This document shows, in pieces, positions 8,628-19,248 of a stretch of DNA of 64,000 nucleotides. Under the pieces are notes generated by a model. The model made no database searches. It saw only the letters and a program-made list of their open reading frames with translations, and had not been told where the DNA came from. The translations under genes were made by a program, and so were the position numbers. The stretch's first letter is position 1. Every line of letters begins with the position of its first letter. Source of the stretch: an uncultured delta proteobacterium (GTDB lineage: Bacteria > Myxococcota_A > Polyangia > Haliangiales > Haliangiaceae); assembly GCA_963848295.1 (NCBI GenBank), contig CAWKDB010000010.1, positions 1,664,001 through 1,728,000 on the forward strand. The letters are read 5' to 3'.

Positions 8628-10597
8628 TCGTCGAGCGAACGCGGGCCTTCGACCTCGTCGAACTCGGCGCTCGCGCTCACGTCGCCGGTCACCGTGAATT
8701 CGCAGTACGGGAAGTTGCCGGAGCAGGCGCCCTCCCACGTGTCGAACACGTAGTCCGAATCGGGGTCGGCGTACGCTCCGAGATCGACCTCGATTCCACG
8801 CTGCAAGAAGTACGTGCAAGCGCCGCCGCACGTGGCGATCGTGGCGCTTTCGGGGACGGCGGTGACGTCGATGGACTCACCGCCGCCGCTGATCTGGACC
8901 GACAGCGCCTCGAGCTCGACCGTGGAGAACAGCGCATAGAGGTTCATGTTCGAGGTCAGCGTGATCGTGCACGTGGCCGAGTGGCTGTCGCTGCACGCGT
9001 CGCCCCACCACTCCAGGCTGTTGCTGCCGGACGGCGTGCCGGTGAGCGTGATCCGAGAATTCGCGGGCAGCGTGACCGAGCACGTCGAGGCCCCCTCGCC
9101 GCAGTCGATCAACGTGACACCGTCGGAGCCCGTTGCGACGACCGCGCCTGCGGACTGGGTCGACTCGGCGCCGATCGCGTCATCCTCTTGGAGGTAGATC
9201 GTCGGCAGCGAGACCTCGAGCGTGAAGTTGGCGAGCGCGAAGTCGGCCGTGACGGTAGCCGCCGCGGTGAGATCGACGGTGCAGATCCAGCCCGAGCCGG
9301 TGCACGCGCCCGTCCAGCCGACGAACGTCGCGGTCGGCGAGGGACGAGCCTCCAACGTGATGAGCGTGTTCGCCGGCACCGACGTGTCACACGTCGTGCC
9401 GCTGCCGCCGGCGCAGTCGACGTATCCTGTCGCGGTGACGCTGCCGGATCCCGGGCCGGTGAGCCGCACGGTCAAGGCTTCCGGAAGGTCGGCGAACGTG
9501 GCGACGACCTCGGTGAATTGATCCATCGTCACCGTGCAGGGACCCAGGTCCGGGCACAGCCCCGACCAGCCCGTGAACGTCGATCCCGAACCGGGCGACG
9601 CCGTCAGCGTCACGGTCGCGCCGTAGTCGAAGCTTGCCGAGCATGCGCCGTTCGGGCAATCGAAGCAGTCGTCGCTCCCGCACGCGCTCGACGTCGCGAT
9701 CACCTCGCCCGGGCCGCCGCCCTCGAACGACACCGACAGCGTCTCCAGGTCTTGCGTGAACACCGGGTCGAGCGTGATCGGGTCAGCCATCCTCAGCTCG
9801 CAGTCGCCCGCGCCCGCGTCAGCGCACGCTTCGTTCGCGCTGTTCCATCGCGCGAACTGCCAGCCGGGCGCGGCGACCGCGCGCACCGTCGTCGTCGTAC
9901 CGTACGCCACGTTCGCCGAGCATTCGCCGGCGCCGTCGACGCAATCGAGTCCCCCGACCGTCGCCGTGATCGTGCCACGCCCGGCCAGATCGATGGTCAG
10001 TGGCTCGGTGGCGGGCTCGAACTCCGCGCGCACGGTGTCGAGACCCGAGCCGATCGTCGTCGTGCACGTCGGCGCCGAGCCGGTGCACCCGCCGCTCCAG
10101 CCGGTGAAGATCGAGTCCGTCGACGGCGTCGCCGTGAGCGCGACGGTGGTCTGGGGCACGAACGCGCCGGTGCAGGTGTCGCCGGTGGCGCACGCGATGC
10201 CCGACGGCGAGGACGTGATCGAGCCGCGGCCGTCGCCGGTGAACAGCACCGCGAGTGAGGTCGACACGGGCACGAACACCGCGGTCACGGAGATGTCGGC
10301 AGTCGCGGGTGTCACCGCGATGGCGCACGTGGTCGCCGTTCCACCGCACGCGCCCATCCAGCCGGCCAGCACGTCGCCCTCCCCGCTCGTCGCGGTCAGT
10401 GTCACCGTGGTCCCGACCGACGCATCCGCGGTGCACGTCCCGGCAGAGCTCTCGGTGCACGCGATGCCGGTGGAGCTGCTCGTCACGGTGCCGACTCCTT
10501 CGACCTGGACAACCAGCGCGGTGACGTCGTTCGCCGGTGAGCACCCCGACGATGCGAGCACCAGCGCGATCGACCCGCACATCGCAAGATTTCGCAT
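8624..10597 (-). CDS. Surface lipoprotein with tandem divergent InlB B-type repeats
   Basis: Lipobox SSGC; about 7 repeats of G.G.VTS...C...C...VTLTA.P...F.GW.G.C...C....V.A.F. Confidence 0.85.
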   Translation of the reverse strand: MRNLAMCGSIALVLASSGCSPANDVTALVVQVEGVGTVTSSSTGIACTESSAGTCTADASVGTTVTLTATSGEGDVLAGWMGACGGTATTCAIAVTPATADISVTAVFVPVSTSLAVLFTGDGRGSITSSPSGIACATGDTCTGAFVPQTTVALTATPSTDSIFTGWSGGCTGSAPTCTTTIGSGLDTVRAEFEPATEPLTIDLAGRGTITATVGGLDCVDGAGECSANVAYGTTTTVRAVAAPGWQFARWNSANEACADAGAGDCELRMADPITLDPVFTQDLETLSVSFEGGGPGEVIATSSACGSDDCFDCPNGACSASFDYGATVTLTASPGSGSTFTGWSGLCPDLGPCTVTMDQFTEVVATFADLPEALTVRLTGPGSGSVTATGYVDCAGGSGTTCDTSVPANTLITLEARPSPTATFVGWTGACTGSGWICTVDLTAAATVTADFALANFTLEVSLPTIYLQEDDAIGAESTQSAGAVVATGSDGVTLIDCGEGASTCSVTLPANSRITLTGTPSGSNSLEWWGDACSDSHSATCTITLTSNMNLYALFSTVELEALSVQISGGGESIDVTAVPESATIATCGGACTYFLQRGIEVDLGAYADPDSDYVFDTWEGACSGNFPYCEFTVTGDVSASAEFDEVEGPRSLDD

Positions 10598-10768
10598 GCG
10601 AGCGATGTAAGGCCGCCGCAGCGGGCCCTCAAGCCGAATCGCTCGGCTTAAGACTCCATCACCTGGGCGCAAGACTCGCCTCGAAACAAACGTCGATCAC
10701 GCCCAAGCTCGACGCGGACTTCGACGAACGCGCCCGGCGGCTTTGTGAACGGCGCGCCCGGACGATCG

Positions 10769-12148
10769 TTACTGCTCGGGGAGCGCCAAGCGCGGATCGG
10801 ACACCTGCGCCAAGAGCAGGACGACCTTGAACGTCGAGCCGTGACCGGGCTTGGAGTCGACGGATACCGTGCCGCCACTTGCTTCTGCGATCCGCCGGAC
10901 GATCGCGAGCCCGAGCCCGGTTCCGGGGACGCTGCTCGTCGCCGCGCAGCGATAAAACGGTTCGAACGCGTGGGTCGCGTCCTCGCTGGACATGCCCTGG
11001 CCGTTGTCGATGACGCGGATCTCGTAGCGCTCGGCGGTTCGTCTGCCGATCAGCTCGATCGCGGCCGGTACGTCACTGCGACGGTACTTGACCGCGTTCT
11101 CACCGAGGTTCCACAGGAGCTGGCGGAGTAACCCTTCGCTGCACGATACCGCCGCCGGCTGCAGGTCGACCCGGAGCGCGCCTCCGGCGTCCTTGACCAG
11201 TGCCCCGAGATCGGTCTCCAGCGCCGAGGCGATCGGCTCGGTACGCGCGACCGACCCGACCATCGACCCCACCCGCGACAGCGCGAGCAGGTCTTCGACT
11301 AGGCTGGTCATCTGCGCGATGCCGCGCTCCATGACCGTGGCCGTCTTGGCGTCGGGAGTGCGCTCGGCGAGCATCGACGCCGAGAGGCTGATCGTGTTCA
11401 GCGGCCCGCGCAGGTCGTGGGCGACCCGCCCGGCGAACGCATCGAGCTCGCGGTTGCGGACCTCGAGCTCGGACGCGTTGCGGACAAGGCGACGCTGGAT
11501 GCGGACCACGACGCGCGTCACCCAGATCCCGGCGAGGAGCGTCACGATCAAGACGAACGCCGACAGCGCAGACCGGACGCCCAGCACGCTGAGCTCGAGG
11601 TGCGCGGTGCGTTCGCGAGCGCGATCAGCGGCCGTGTGGTTGATCTCGACGAGCGTCGCCACGTCACGCGCGATGGCGTCGAACACCGGCTCGAGCGCGG
11701 TCATCGCGGCCGCGGCTTCGGTGTTTCGGTTGCCGCGAGATGCGTCGAGCGCAGCCGTGATCGGCTTGTCGAGCAATGCGACGTCGACCGTGAGCCCGCG
11801 CCACGCGTCGGCCTCCCCCGGGAACGTGGCCAGCGGCGAGTACCCGTTCGCGGCGACCGCGAAGTCGCGCTTGGTCTGCTGAATCTCGCTCTCCAGCTCG
11901 GTCATCGCAGCGCCCTCGTGCTCGAAGATGTGACGCTCGATCAAGCTGCGTTCGCGCCCGATGTCGATCCCCATCCTGCCGACGAGCTCGACGCTGACCA
12001 GCGCGTTCTTCTCGATCGCGTCGACGCTGACCTGGACGTCCGTCCACTGGAAGTACGCGACGACCTGGCTCACCACGAGCAGCACGGTGACCGCCCCGAA
12101 TGCAAACCCGAGCGTCGCGCCGGTCCGTCGATCGATCGTGGTCGGCAT
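10769..12148 (-). CDS. Membrane sensor histidine kinase (four-helix-bundle-type sensor, HisKA, HATPase)
   Basis: Two TM segments; H-box VAHDLRGPL, NLGENAVKY, DNGQG, GTGLGL. Confidence 0.9.
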   Translation of the reverse strand: MPTTIDRRTGATLGFAFGAVTVLLVVSQVVAYFQWTDVQVSVDAIEKNALVSVELVGRMGIDIGRERSLIERHIFEHEGAAMTELESEIQQTKRDFAVAANGYSPLATFPGEADAWRGLTVDVALLDKPITAALDASRGNRNTEAAAAMTALEPVFDAIARDVATLVEINHTAADRARERTAHLELSVLGVRSALSAFVLIVTLLAGIWVTRVVVRIQRRLVRNASELEVRNRELDAFAGRVAHDLRGPLNTISLSASMLAERTPDAKTATVMERGIAQMTSLVEDLLALSRVGSMVGSVARTEPIASALETDLGALVKDAGGALRVDLQPAAVSCSEGLLRQLLWNLGENAVKYRRSDVPAAIELIGRRTAERYEIRVIDNGQGMSSEDATHAFEPFYRCAATSSVPGTGLGLAIVRRIAEASGGTVSVDSKPGHGSTFKVVLLLAQVSDPRLALPEQ

Positions 12149-12394
12149 TGAACCTCGTCGGGCCGCGCGCAGCAGCATTCGTGTCCGCCGACGACACCAT
12201 ACGGGCTGCGCCGGAGCGCGCCAAGCGCCTCTCGATTGCGATGTGTTGCGCCGTGCCAGCGCTCACGCGCGTCGGCGGGCTGGGGCACGACACTTTAATG
12301 CGACCTTCACCATGTTGCGGGCGGTGACCCTGGCTCAGCGAGAGCAACTCGATCCGATCGCGTTCACGCATCCGAGCGATCAGCTCGAGGCGTT

Positions 12395-15300
12395 CTACTG
12401 CCGATCGAGCTCGACGAGCAGGCCGGTGCAGGAATCGGTGAGCTGGAGGGTCGCGTCGTCGATCACGGCAAGCCCGGTGAGGCACCTCGTGACGCTCGCC
12501 GGGAAGGTCGAGCGCGGACCCGCACCATAGATCGTCCACACCGCGCCGGTGCCGTCGACCACTCCGTTGGCATCGGCGGCAAGCTCGCGCACGGTCGAAC
12601 GCGAGGTGGCGTAGACGTTGCCGTGCATGTCACAGCCGAGCCCGCTCGGCGTATCGATCGTGAACGTCGCGGCCGGAGCGCCGGCGCCGGACGAGTCCGC
12701 GATGCCGTCGCCGAGCACGGTCGTGATCGCGCCGCTGCCATCGATGCGTCGGATGCGCTCGTTGCCGGTATCGGCGACGAAAAAGTCGCCATTCGTGCAG
12801 CGCACGATGCCCTGCGGCGAGTACAGCAGTGCGCTGGTCGCCGGACCGCCGTCGCCGGCGAACCCGCGCGTCGCCCCGGTGCCGATCGCGGTGGTCACCA
12901 TGTTCGACGTCAGATCGACCGCACGGATCACGTGGTTGCCTGTATCGGCGACATAGAGCACGTGAGCCACGGCGTCGAGGTAAAGACCGGTCGGATTGCG
13001 GAACATCGCGCTGGCTGCCGCCCCGTCGACGTAACCAGCGGTGCCCGCGGCGCCGGCAAGCGGTGCGATCGTCCACGTATCGACGTTCGCCGGATCGACC
13101 ATCGTCACCGCCTGGATGCGGTTCGCGCTCGATTCGGTGAGATAGAACACGCTAGCGGCGGCGTCGTACGCGACGCCCGAGACCGTGCCGAAGCTCGCGT
13201 CGCGGTAGCGCGCGAGCTGGCCGGCCACGGCGGGCTGAGGGTAGCGCCCGGCGACCACGCGGACCACGGTGCGCGACATCGCCTGCACCGTGCCGCTCGT
13301 TCCGCCCGCCACGAACGCGAGCGCTTCGCCGGGCATCACCGCGAGCTGTTGCGGATCGAACAGCCGCGCCTGACCGATCGGACCCATCCCGAGCGCATCG
13401 ATCGCGCCGGCGACGGTCGTGATTACCCCGGTGTGAGCGTCGACCCGCCGGATCGCGTTGTTGTACGGATCGGCGATGAACACGTTGCCCGCGGCGTCGA
13501 CCGCGACGTCGGCTGGCCGTTGGTTGAGCTCCGCGCTGCTCGCCGGGCCACCGTCGCCCGAGAACCCCTCGACGCCCGTGCCGGCGAGCGTGGTGATGAT
13601 GCCGGTCTGACCGTCGATCCGGCGCACGCGCTCGTTGTTGGAATCGGCGATGTACACGTTGCCGGCCGAGTCCGCGGCGGCCGAGTACGGCGTCATCAGC
13701 TCGGCGCCCGTCGCCGCAGCGCCATCGCCCGCGAAGCCCGCGGTGCTCGAGCCGGCGATCGTCGTGATGTCGCGCGTCGTCCCGTCGACACGGCGGATCC
13801 GGTTGTTACCGGTGTCGGCGACATAGATGTTGCCCGCCGGGTCGACGTTGGCGTTGTAGATCTGGCGCAGCTCGGCGGCGAGCGCCGGTCCGCCATCCCC
13901 CGAGAAGCCGTTCATACCGTTGCCGACCGCGACCGACATCATGCCAGTCGCACTCGCGATCATGCGCACCGTCGCGGCCTGCTCATCCTCGAAGTAGACG
14001 TTACCGGCAGCGTCGGTCGCGATACCTTGTGGGTAACTGACCGTCGCATCGACCGCCGGCCCGCCGTTGCCGGTCTCGTTCGCGGTGCCATTGCCGGCGC
14101 ACGTCGTGATCACGCCGCTGGCACCATCGATCCGGCGGATCCGCTGATTGCTGCTGTCGGCGATATAGATGTTGCCGGCGCCGTCGGCCGCGACGTCCCA
14201 CGGGCTCGCGAGCTCGGCCGCAGTGGCGAGGCCGCCGTCGCCGCCGTAACCGTGCCCGCCGCCGCCGCCGATCGTGGTGATCAACCCGGTGGTCACATCG
14301 ACGCGGCGGATGCGGTCGGCGTAGAGATCGGCGATCAACAGATTCCCGGCAGCGTCGAGCCCGATGCCCTGGACGTAGGTCAGCTGCGCGCTGGTCGCCA
14401 GACCACCATCGCCGTTGGATTGATCTTGGCCGTTGCCAGCGACCGTCGCGATGTCGCCGGTCGTGGCATCGACCCGGCGGATGCGCAGGTTGTTGTAGTC
14501 GGCGATATCGATGTTGCCCGCGCGGTCGACCGCAACGCCCGACGCATAGTTGAGCTCCGCGGCGAGCGCCGAGCCGCCGTCGCCGGAAGCGCCGGCGCTG
14601 CCGTTGCCGGCGACGGTCGTGATGATCCCGGTCGTCGCATCGATCCGCCGGATCCGGCTGTCGTCCGAATCGGCGATGTAGATGTCGCCCGCGAGATCGA
14701 GCGCGACGCCGCTCGGACGGTTGAGTATCGACTCGCTGGCCGGGCCGCCGTCGCCGAGCCCGGTGCCACCGCCTGCGCCGGCGAGCGTGCTCAGGATCCC
14801 GGTGGTCGGGTCGATGCGGTGCAGGTACGTGCCCGAAACGAACAGCACCGCGGAGTCGGAAGCGATCACGATGCTGTTGGGGAATTGCAGCTCGGCATCG
14901 ACCGCGGGCCCGCCGCTGCCGGTCTCGCCGAAGCCGCCGTCGCCCGCGATCGTGGTGATCACGCCGGTCGTGGCGTCGATCCGCCGCACGCGAGAGTTGT
15001 ACGAGTCGCTGACGAACACGTTGCCGAGCCCGTCGATCGCCACACCGGCGGTGTTCCACAGCTCCGCGGAGGTCGCCGGGCCGCCGTCACCGCTGAACCC
15101 CGGCGCGCCGGTGCCGGCGATCGTCGTGATCACGCCGGTCTCGGCGTCGATGCGGCGGACGCGATTGCTATCGGCGATGAACAAGTTACCCAACCCGTCG
15201 ATCGCCACGTCGCTCGGGCCTTCGAGCATCGCGCCCGTCGCCGGACCGCCGTCGCCGCTGAATCCTTCCGTGCCGTTCCCGGCGGCGACCGTTACGACGC

Positions 15301-15784
15301 CGGTCGCGGCGTCGATGCGCTCGATTCTGTAGCCGTGAATGTCGGTGAAGAAGGCGTTGCCGGCGGCATCGAATCGCACCGCGGTGGGCAGACCGATCGG
15401 ACCGGAGGTCGTCGAGCCGCCGATCACCGCCGACGCTGCCCAGGTCGTGAGCATGCACGCGTTGCAGCCGTCGGCGGGGTTCTGATTGCCGTCGTCGCAC
15501 TGCTCGCCGGCCTCGACGACGCCGTCGCCGCAGTACTGCACGCACACGCCGCTCTGGCATGTGCCGGGCGCGCTCGACGCCGGCATGCATGGCGCTCCTT
15601 CCGGCATGCCATTGCACGCGTCGATCTGATCCTGGCGTACGCACGCGTCACCGGCGGGCGAGCACACGTCGCTCGGCGGGCACGACAAGTTCCCGCACGC
15701 GACGAGATTATCGCCGATACAGCCCGCAGCCGTCAGCGCGGTCGCCAGCGCGACCCAAAGTCGACCCACATCACCACGATACAC
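12395..15784 (-). CDS. Large NHL-repeat lipoprotein with Cys-rich N-terminal repeat
   Basis: Lipobox AAGC; CGDGVVEAGEQCDDGN motif; many GFSGDGGPATSA.L..P..VA.D..GN.YIAD..N.RIRRID repeats. Confidence 0.9.
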   Translation of the reverse strand: MYRGDVGRLWVALATALTAAGCIGDNLVACGNLSCPPSDVCSPAGDACVRQDQIDACNGMPEGAPCMPASSAPGTCQSGVCVQYCGDGVVEAGEQCDDGNQNPADGCNACMLTTWAASAVIGGSTTSGPIGLPTAVRFDAAGNAFFTDIHGYRIERIDAATGVVTVAAGNGTEGFSGDGGPATGAMLEGPSDVAIDGLGNLFIADSNRVRRIDAETGVITTIAGTGAPGFSGDGGPATSAELWNTAGVAIDGLGNVFVSDSYNSRVRRIDATTGVITTIAGDGGFGETGSGGPAVDAELQFPNSIVIASDSAVLFVSGTYLHRIDPTTGILSTLAGAGGGTGLGDGGPASESILNRPSGVALDLAGDIYIADSDDSRIRRIDATTGIITTVAGNGSAGASGDGGSALAAELNYASGVAVDRAGNIDIADYNNLRIRRVDATTGDIATVAGNGQDQSNGDGGLATSAQLTYVQGIGLDAAGNLLIADLYADRIRRVDVTTGLITTIGGGGGHGYGGDGGLATAAELASPWDVAADGAGNIYIADSSNQRIRRIDGASGVITTCAGNGTANETGNGGPAVDATVSYPQGIATDAAGNVYFEDEQAATVRMIASATGMMSVAVGNGMNGFSGDGGPALAAELRQIYNANVDPAGNIYVADTGNNRIRRVDGTTRDITTIAGSSTAGFAGDGAAATGAELMTPYSAAADSAGNVYIADSNNERVRRIDGQTGIITTLAGTGVEGFSGDGGPASSAELNQRPADVAVDAAGNVFIADPYNNAIRRVDAHTGVITTVAGAIDALGMGPIGQARLFDPQQLAVMPGEALAFVAGGTSGTVQAMSRTVVRVVAGRYPQPAVAGQLARYRDASFGTVSGVAYDAAASVFYLTESSANRIQAVTMVDPANVDTWTIAPLAGAAGTAGYVDGAAASAMFRNPTGLYLDAVAHVLYVADTGNHVIRAVDLTSNMVTTAIGTGATRGFAGDGGPATSALLYSPQGIVRCTNGDFFVADTGNERIRRIDGSGAITTVLGDGIADSSGAGAPAATFTIDTPSGLGCDMHGNVYATSRSTVRELAADANGVVDGTGAVWTIYGAGPRSTFPASVTRCLTGLAVIDDATLQLTDSCTGLLVELDRQ

Positions 15785-15948
15785 CGATCAACCGTCGAGG
15801 TGTGGCGGTCCGACGCTCGCACCCGGGGCTGCCAGAACGAACAAGAGGTGCGGATGCTCGACGTGCGAAACCGGCGAGCGATTTCGCCCGTAGCGCGCCG
15901 TTGCCAACCTCACTCGAACGGCTTCGCTGGACTACCGATCGTCACCCC

Positions 15949-15964
15949 AGGCACGGCCGATGCA
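15949..15964 (+). promoter_or_regulatory. Putative sigma54 -24/-12 promoter
   Basis: AGGCACGGCCGATGCA (GG-N10-GC), followed by AGGAGG and the ATG at 15991. Confidence 0.5.
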
Positions 15965-15990
15965 CTCAGTTGCGAACCAGGAGGCATCGC

Positions 15991-16560
15991 ATGCGGCCGA
16001 TCATGTTTAGCCTAGCTGTCGCGCTCGCAGTCCCGCCTGCCGCGGCGGATACAGCGCTCGCACCCGTCATCGATCTCGGGACGATCCCGGCGCACTGCCG
16101 TCCGCTCGCTTCCGCGCCGAGTAACGCGACCACCCGGGGTCCCCTACTCGATGCGTACATCTCGGTCGCGAGCTGCGAGGTCCTCGTCCGTACCCACGCA
16201 CTCGCGCTCGCGACAACGCCGCAGTCGCGAGATGCGCTCGATCACGCCGTGCGACCATCGCTGGAGCTTCTCGGCTACGTGATCGCGCACGGTGATCTCG
16301 CGCATCAGATCGCGGCCCAGCGCGCGAAAGCCGACACGTATGCCGGCATGGTCGTGTTGTTGGCGACCACGGTGTCGTCACGGTCGTTGCCGCTGACCAA
16401 CGCGATGACCATCGACGAGTACGTCCAGCGATTTCGCTATGCCGACGCACTCACCAGGACGTGGCGGGTTCGCGCAGATGCCGCGAACCGCGAGGCATCG
16501 CGGCTGGCGACTCGGACCGAGCCGCTCGAGCGAGCGCTGCCTCAGCTCACGCGGGGCTAG
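15991..16560 (+). CDS. Hypothetical secreted protein
   Basis: AGGAGG ribosome-binding site; signal peptide MRPIMFSLAVALAVPPAAA. Confidence 0.7.
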   Translation: MRPIMFSLAVALAVPPAAADTALAPVIDLGTIPAHCRPLASAPSNATTRGPLLDAYISVASCEVLVRTHALALATTPQSRDALDHAVRPSLELLGYVIAHGDLAHQIAAQRAKADTYAGMVVLLATTVSSRSLPLTNAMTIDEYVQRFRYADALTRTWRVRADAANREASRLATRTEPLERALPQLTRG

Positions 16561-16645
16561 CGCGAATGGGAGGATCCTGGCCGGGTACGCGAGCTGCGTC
16601 GCTTGATACACGCGAATCCGTGTGAGTACCGGATCATGTCCTCGG

Positions 16646-17422
16646 TCACATCGACGGCTGGCCGTTGCCAGCTACGCGCTCCGCTCGCTGCGGCATCACG
16701 ACGATACAGATCAGGATGAACGCGGCGAGCACAACCGACGCCGTGTAGCGACTGAGCTCGAGACCCCCGTTTGCGTGCGGCTTGTCGAGCAGGTCGCCAA
16801 CCGTCGCGCCGAGCGGTCGTGTGAGGATGAACGCAGCCCAGAACAAGAAGGTGCGTGACACCTTTGTGAACAAGTATGCGGCGAGGACGAGCAACAAGCC
16901 GCCCGCAAACACCAGCGCGCCGCCTTCATAGCCGAGGCCGAGACCGGTGTCGGAGTCGGCCATCCAATCGCCGAGCGCGGTGCCTAGCGTCTGCGAGAAC
17001 AGGATCGTCGTCCAGTAGAACAGCTCAGCCTTACGTGACGTGATCGACGCGATCGAGACCGAACCGAGCATGCGATGCCACAGCGCGAGCGTTCCGAACA
17101 GCAACGCGATCAGGATCGCCGTGCCGCCGAGGTAACCGATGCCCAACGACCGATCGAGTAGGTCGGCGAGTGTCGTCCCGACGGTCGTGGTGGCGACGAT
17201 CACGACCCAGAACAAGATCGGGTGGAACCGCCTCGCGACGACCTGCGAGCCGACAGCGACCGCAAAGACCGCTGCGAAGATGAGCGTGCCGACGAGGTAG
17301 CCGAGGCCCATCGACATCGTCACCGCATCGCCGCCGGTCTCACCGAGCGTGGTCGCCGCGATCTTGATGACCCAGAACCCGATCGTAGCTTGCGGTACCT
17401 TACCGAGCGCGACTGCGACCAT
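16646..17422 (-). CDS. COG4705/DUF347-repeat membrane protein
   Basis: KVPQATIGFWVIKIAATTLGETGGD, FYWTTILFSQTLGTALGD and FWAAFILTRPLGATVGD. Confidence 0.85.
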   Translation of the reverse strand: MVAVALGKVPQATIGFWVIKIAATTLGETGGDAVTMSMGLGYLVGTLIFAAVFAVAVGSQVVARRFHPILFWVVIVATTTVGTTLADLLDRSLGIGYLGGTAILIALLFGTLALWHRMLGSVSIASITSRKAELFYWTTILFSQTLGTALGDWMADSDTGLGLGYEGGALVFAGGLLLVLAAYLFTKVSRTFLFWAAFILTRPLGATVGDLLDKPHANGGLELSRYTASVVLAAFILICIVVMPQRAERVAGNGQPSM

Positions 17423-17691
17423 GCGCGACGCTACTGCGCTTCCATGATCGGATCGAGCGGTACGGCGAAGAGCTCGTGCACCGTCGCGACCCTGTCGCCC
17501 ATACTGAGGAGCTTCTGGCATCGCGGTGATTGCGCGCGGAATCGCGAAGATAGCGCTCGCCATCGCTCGCGGTGCTCCGCCCGGGCGACCGCGCTTGCAC
17601 ACGCCGCAATACCGGAGACCGTCAGTGGCCGTGGTCCTGTCACGCTCGCTAACCAACAATCACGCGGCAGAGTCGTGGTTCTACTTGAATC

Positions 17692-17706
17692 TGAAAACGA
17701 CTTTCA
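17692..17706. promoter_or_regulatory. Fur-box-like imperfect 7-1-7 inverted repeat
   Basis: TGAAAAC-G-ACTTTCA in an AT-rich patch between divergent genes. Confidence 0.35.
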
Positions 17707-17719
17707 ATACCGTTGCCGC

Positions 17720-18100
17720 GTGCGGGGCGTCCATTCTCCTTACGGCGCGCTGATCCGCTTGCGACGCCTGGAACACGGTCGCACGCTCCGCGACGTCGCG
17801 AGCGCGGTCGGGATCTCTCATCAATACCTCGCTGACGTCGAGATCGGCGTAGCTGGGCCGTTGAGGAAGTCCTTCGAACGCGCGCTGCTGCGATGCCTCC
17901 CCACCGTTTCGAAGCGAGAGCTCGACCACGCGCGCGACCTGTCGAAGCCGGTGCTCATCACTCTCAAGAACACGCCCAAGCAGTACATCGAAGTCACCAG
18001 AGCGATCGCGCGCCGGTACGCCCGCCGAGATCTGAGCCGCGAGCAAGTCGAGGAGCTACTTCGCATCCTCCATCAAAGCCATCGGCGGTCGGGACGATGA
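17720..18100 (+). CDS. XRE-family helix-turn-helix protein
   Basis: YGALIRLRRLEHGRTLRDVASAVGISHQYLADVEIG; start codon uncertain. Confidence 0.75.
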   Translation: MRGVHSPYGALIRLRRLEHGRTLRDVASAVGISHQYLADVEIGVAGPLRKSFERALLRCLPTVSKRELDHARDLSKPVLITLKNTPKQYIEVTRAIARRYARRDLSREQVEELLRILHQSHRRSGR

Positions 18101-18113
18101 CCGCGCGCTATAG

Positions 18114-19181
18114 TTAGCGTGGCGGCGAGACAACTAGCAGGTCCGATCCCTTCGAGTGCGACAAGTAGACCTTGCCCTCGCCTGTCACGACGCCGTTTCG
18201 TACGCCTTCTTCGGTTCTTACCGTCGCTGAGACCGTCAGCGCCCCTTGGCGGTCGAGGCTCGCGATGGTGAGGGTCGCCGCCTTCGCCGCGCCGGCATAG
18301 ATCGTGTGGGTCGCCGACGCGTAGTCGAGATCATCCACGCCGTCGCCCGTGTCGATCGAACCGAGCGTAGCCCCGTCGTGTCCGGCGTCGAGGATCTCGA
18401 CTCGCGTGCTACATGCAACGATAAGGAATCCTTCCGTCTCGGCGAGTCGAAGGCCATGTGGACCTTGCTCGCCGCACGAAGGCTTCCAGGTCGCGACCGT
18501 CTTGTGCGTATCGACGTCGATCGCGAGCGTTAGGTCCTTGTCTTCCAAGTTCGTGTAGAAGCGCCCGCGAGTCGCATCCGGTGCAAAGCCTTCTGGCTCG
18601 CCGTCGAAATCGAGCTTTGCCTTCTGCGCGAGCGTCGCGCCGTCGAGGATCCGGATCGACTTGTCACGCGGGGTGGTCACCCAGACTTCCTTCGTCTTCG
18701 CGACATACGAAATGCCGTCCGGCATCGAGTCGAGCTTGCCGCACGCACCTTTCGCCAGCTTGACTTCGTCGATCGCGCACACAGTGGAGTCGCCGCGATT
18801 CCCGACGTATACCGTGCCGTCGGCGCCGAGCGTGGCGGAGCTCGGTCCGACGGTGCGCTTCTTGCCCCTCCGCTCCACCTCTCGGGTCACGAAGCCTTCG
18901 ATGCGCGACACCTTGCCGGTCGACACATCGACTACGTCGACCGATCCGGTGTTTCCGGCTGGCACCCAGACGGTCTTGGTGCGCGGGTTGTACAGCAGAA
19001 AATCCATCCCGATACCGTCGGGACCGCCGCCGGGCAGTGCGATCTCGCCGGTCGTGTACCCGTTGGCACGTGGCGGCTCCCGGGTCGCCGAGCCCGGCGT
19101 AGGCTTGGCTACCGTTCCGGATGACTTCGATTTGCAGCCGACGAGCAGCAGCGCGATGCTGAACAGAATGTACCTTCGCAT
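18114..19181 (-). CDS. YncE-like beta-propeller lipoprotein
   Basis: Lipobox LVGC; repeated beta blades (VYVGNRGDSTV, PDGISY, PEGFA, PHGL). Confidence 0.8.
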   Translation of the reverse strand: MRRYILFSIALLLVGCKSKSSGTVAKPTPGSATREPPRANGYTTGEIALPGGGPDGIGMDFLLYNPRTKTVWVPAGNTGSVDVVDVSTGKVSRIEGFVTREVERRGKKRTVGPSSATLGADGTVYVGNRGDSTVCAIDEVKLAKGACGKLDSMPDGISYVAKTKEVWVTTPRDKSIRILDGATLAQKAKLDFDGEPEGFAPDATRGRFYTNLEDKDLTLAIDVDTHKTVATWKPSCGEQGPHGLRLAETEGFLIVACSTRVEILDAGHDGATLGSIDTGDGVDDLDYASATHTIYAGAAKAATLTIASLDRQGALTVSATVRTEEGVRNGVVTGEGKVYLSHSKGSDLLVVSPPR

Positions 19182-19248
19182 GGGTGGAACGTTGCACGCG
19201 ACAAGTGGCCATACAACCTGTCGCTGACCGAGCCTCCTACATGAAAGA

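Noticed and set aside
13400..15300. Periodic DNA similarity as a possible array
   Set aside because: Explained by in-frame NHL protein repeats.
12623..16015. 1130-aa plus-strand ORF
   Set aside because: Antisense shadow of the NHL-repeat gene; long stop-free opposite frames are expected at this GC content.
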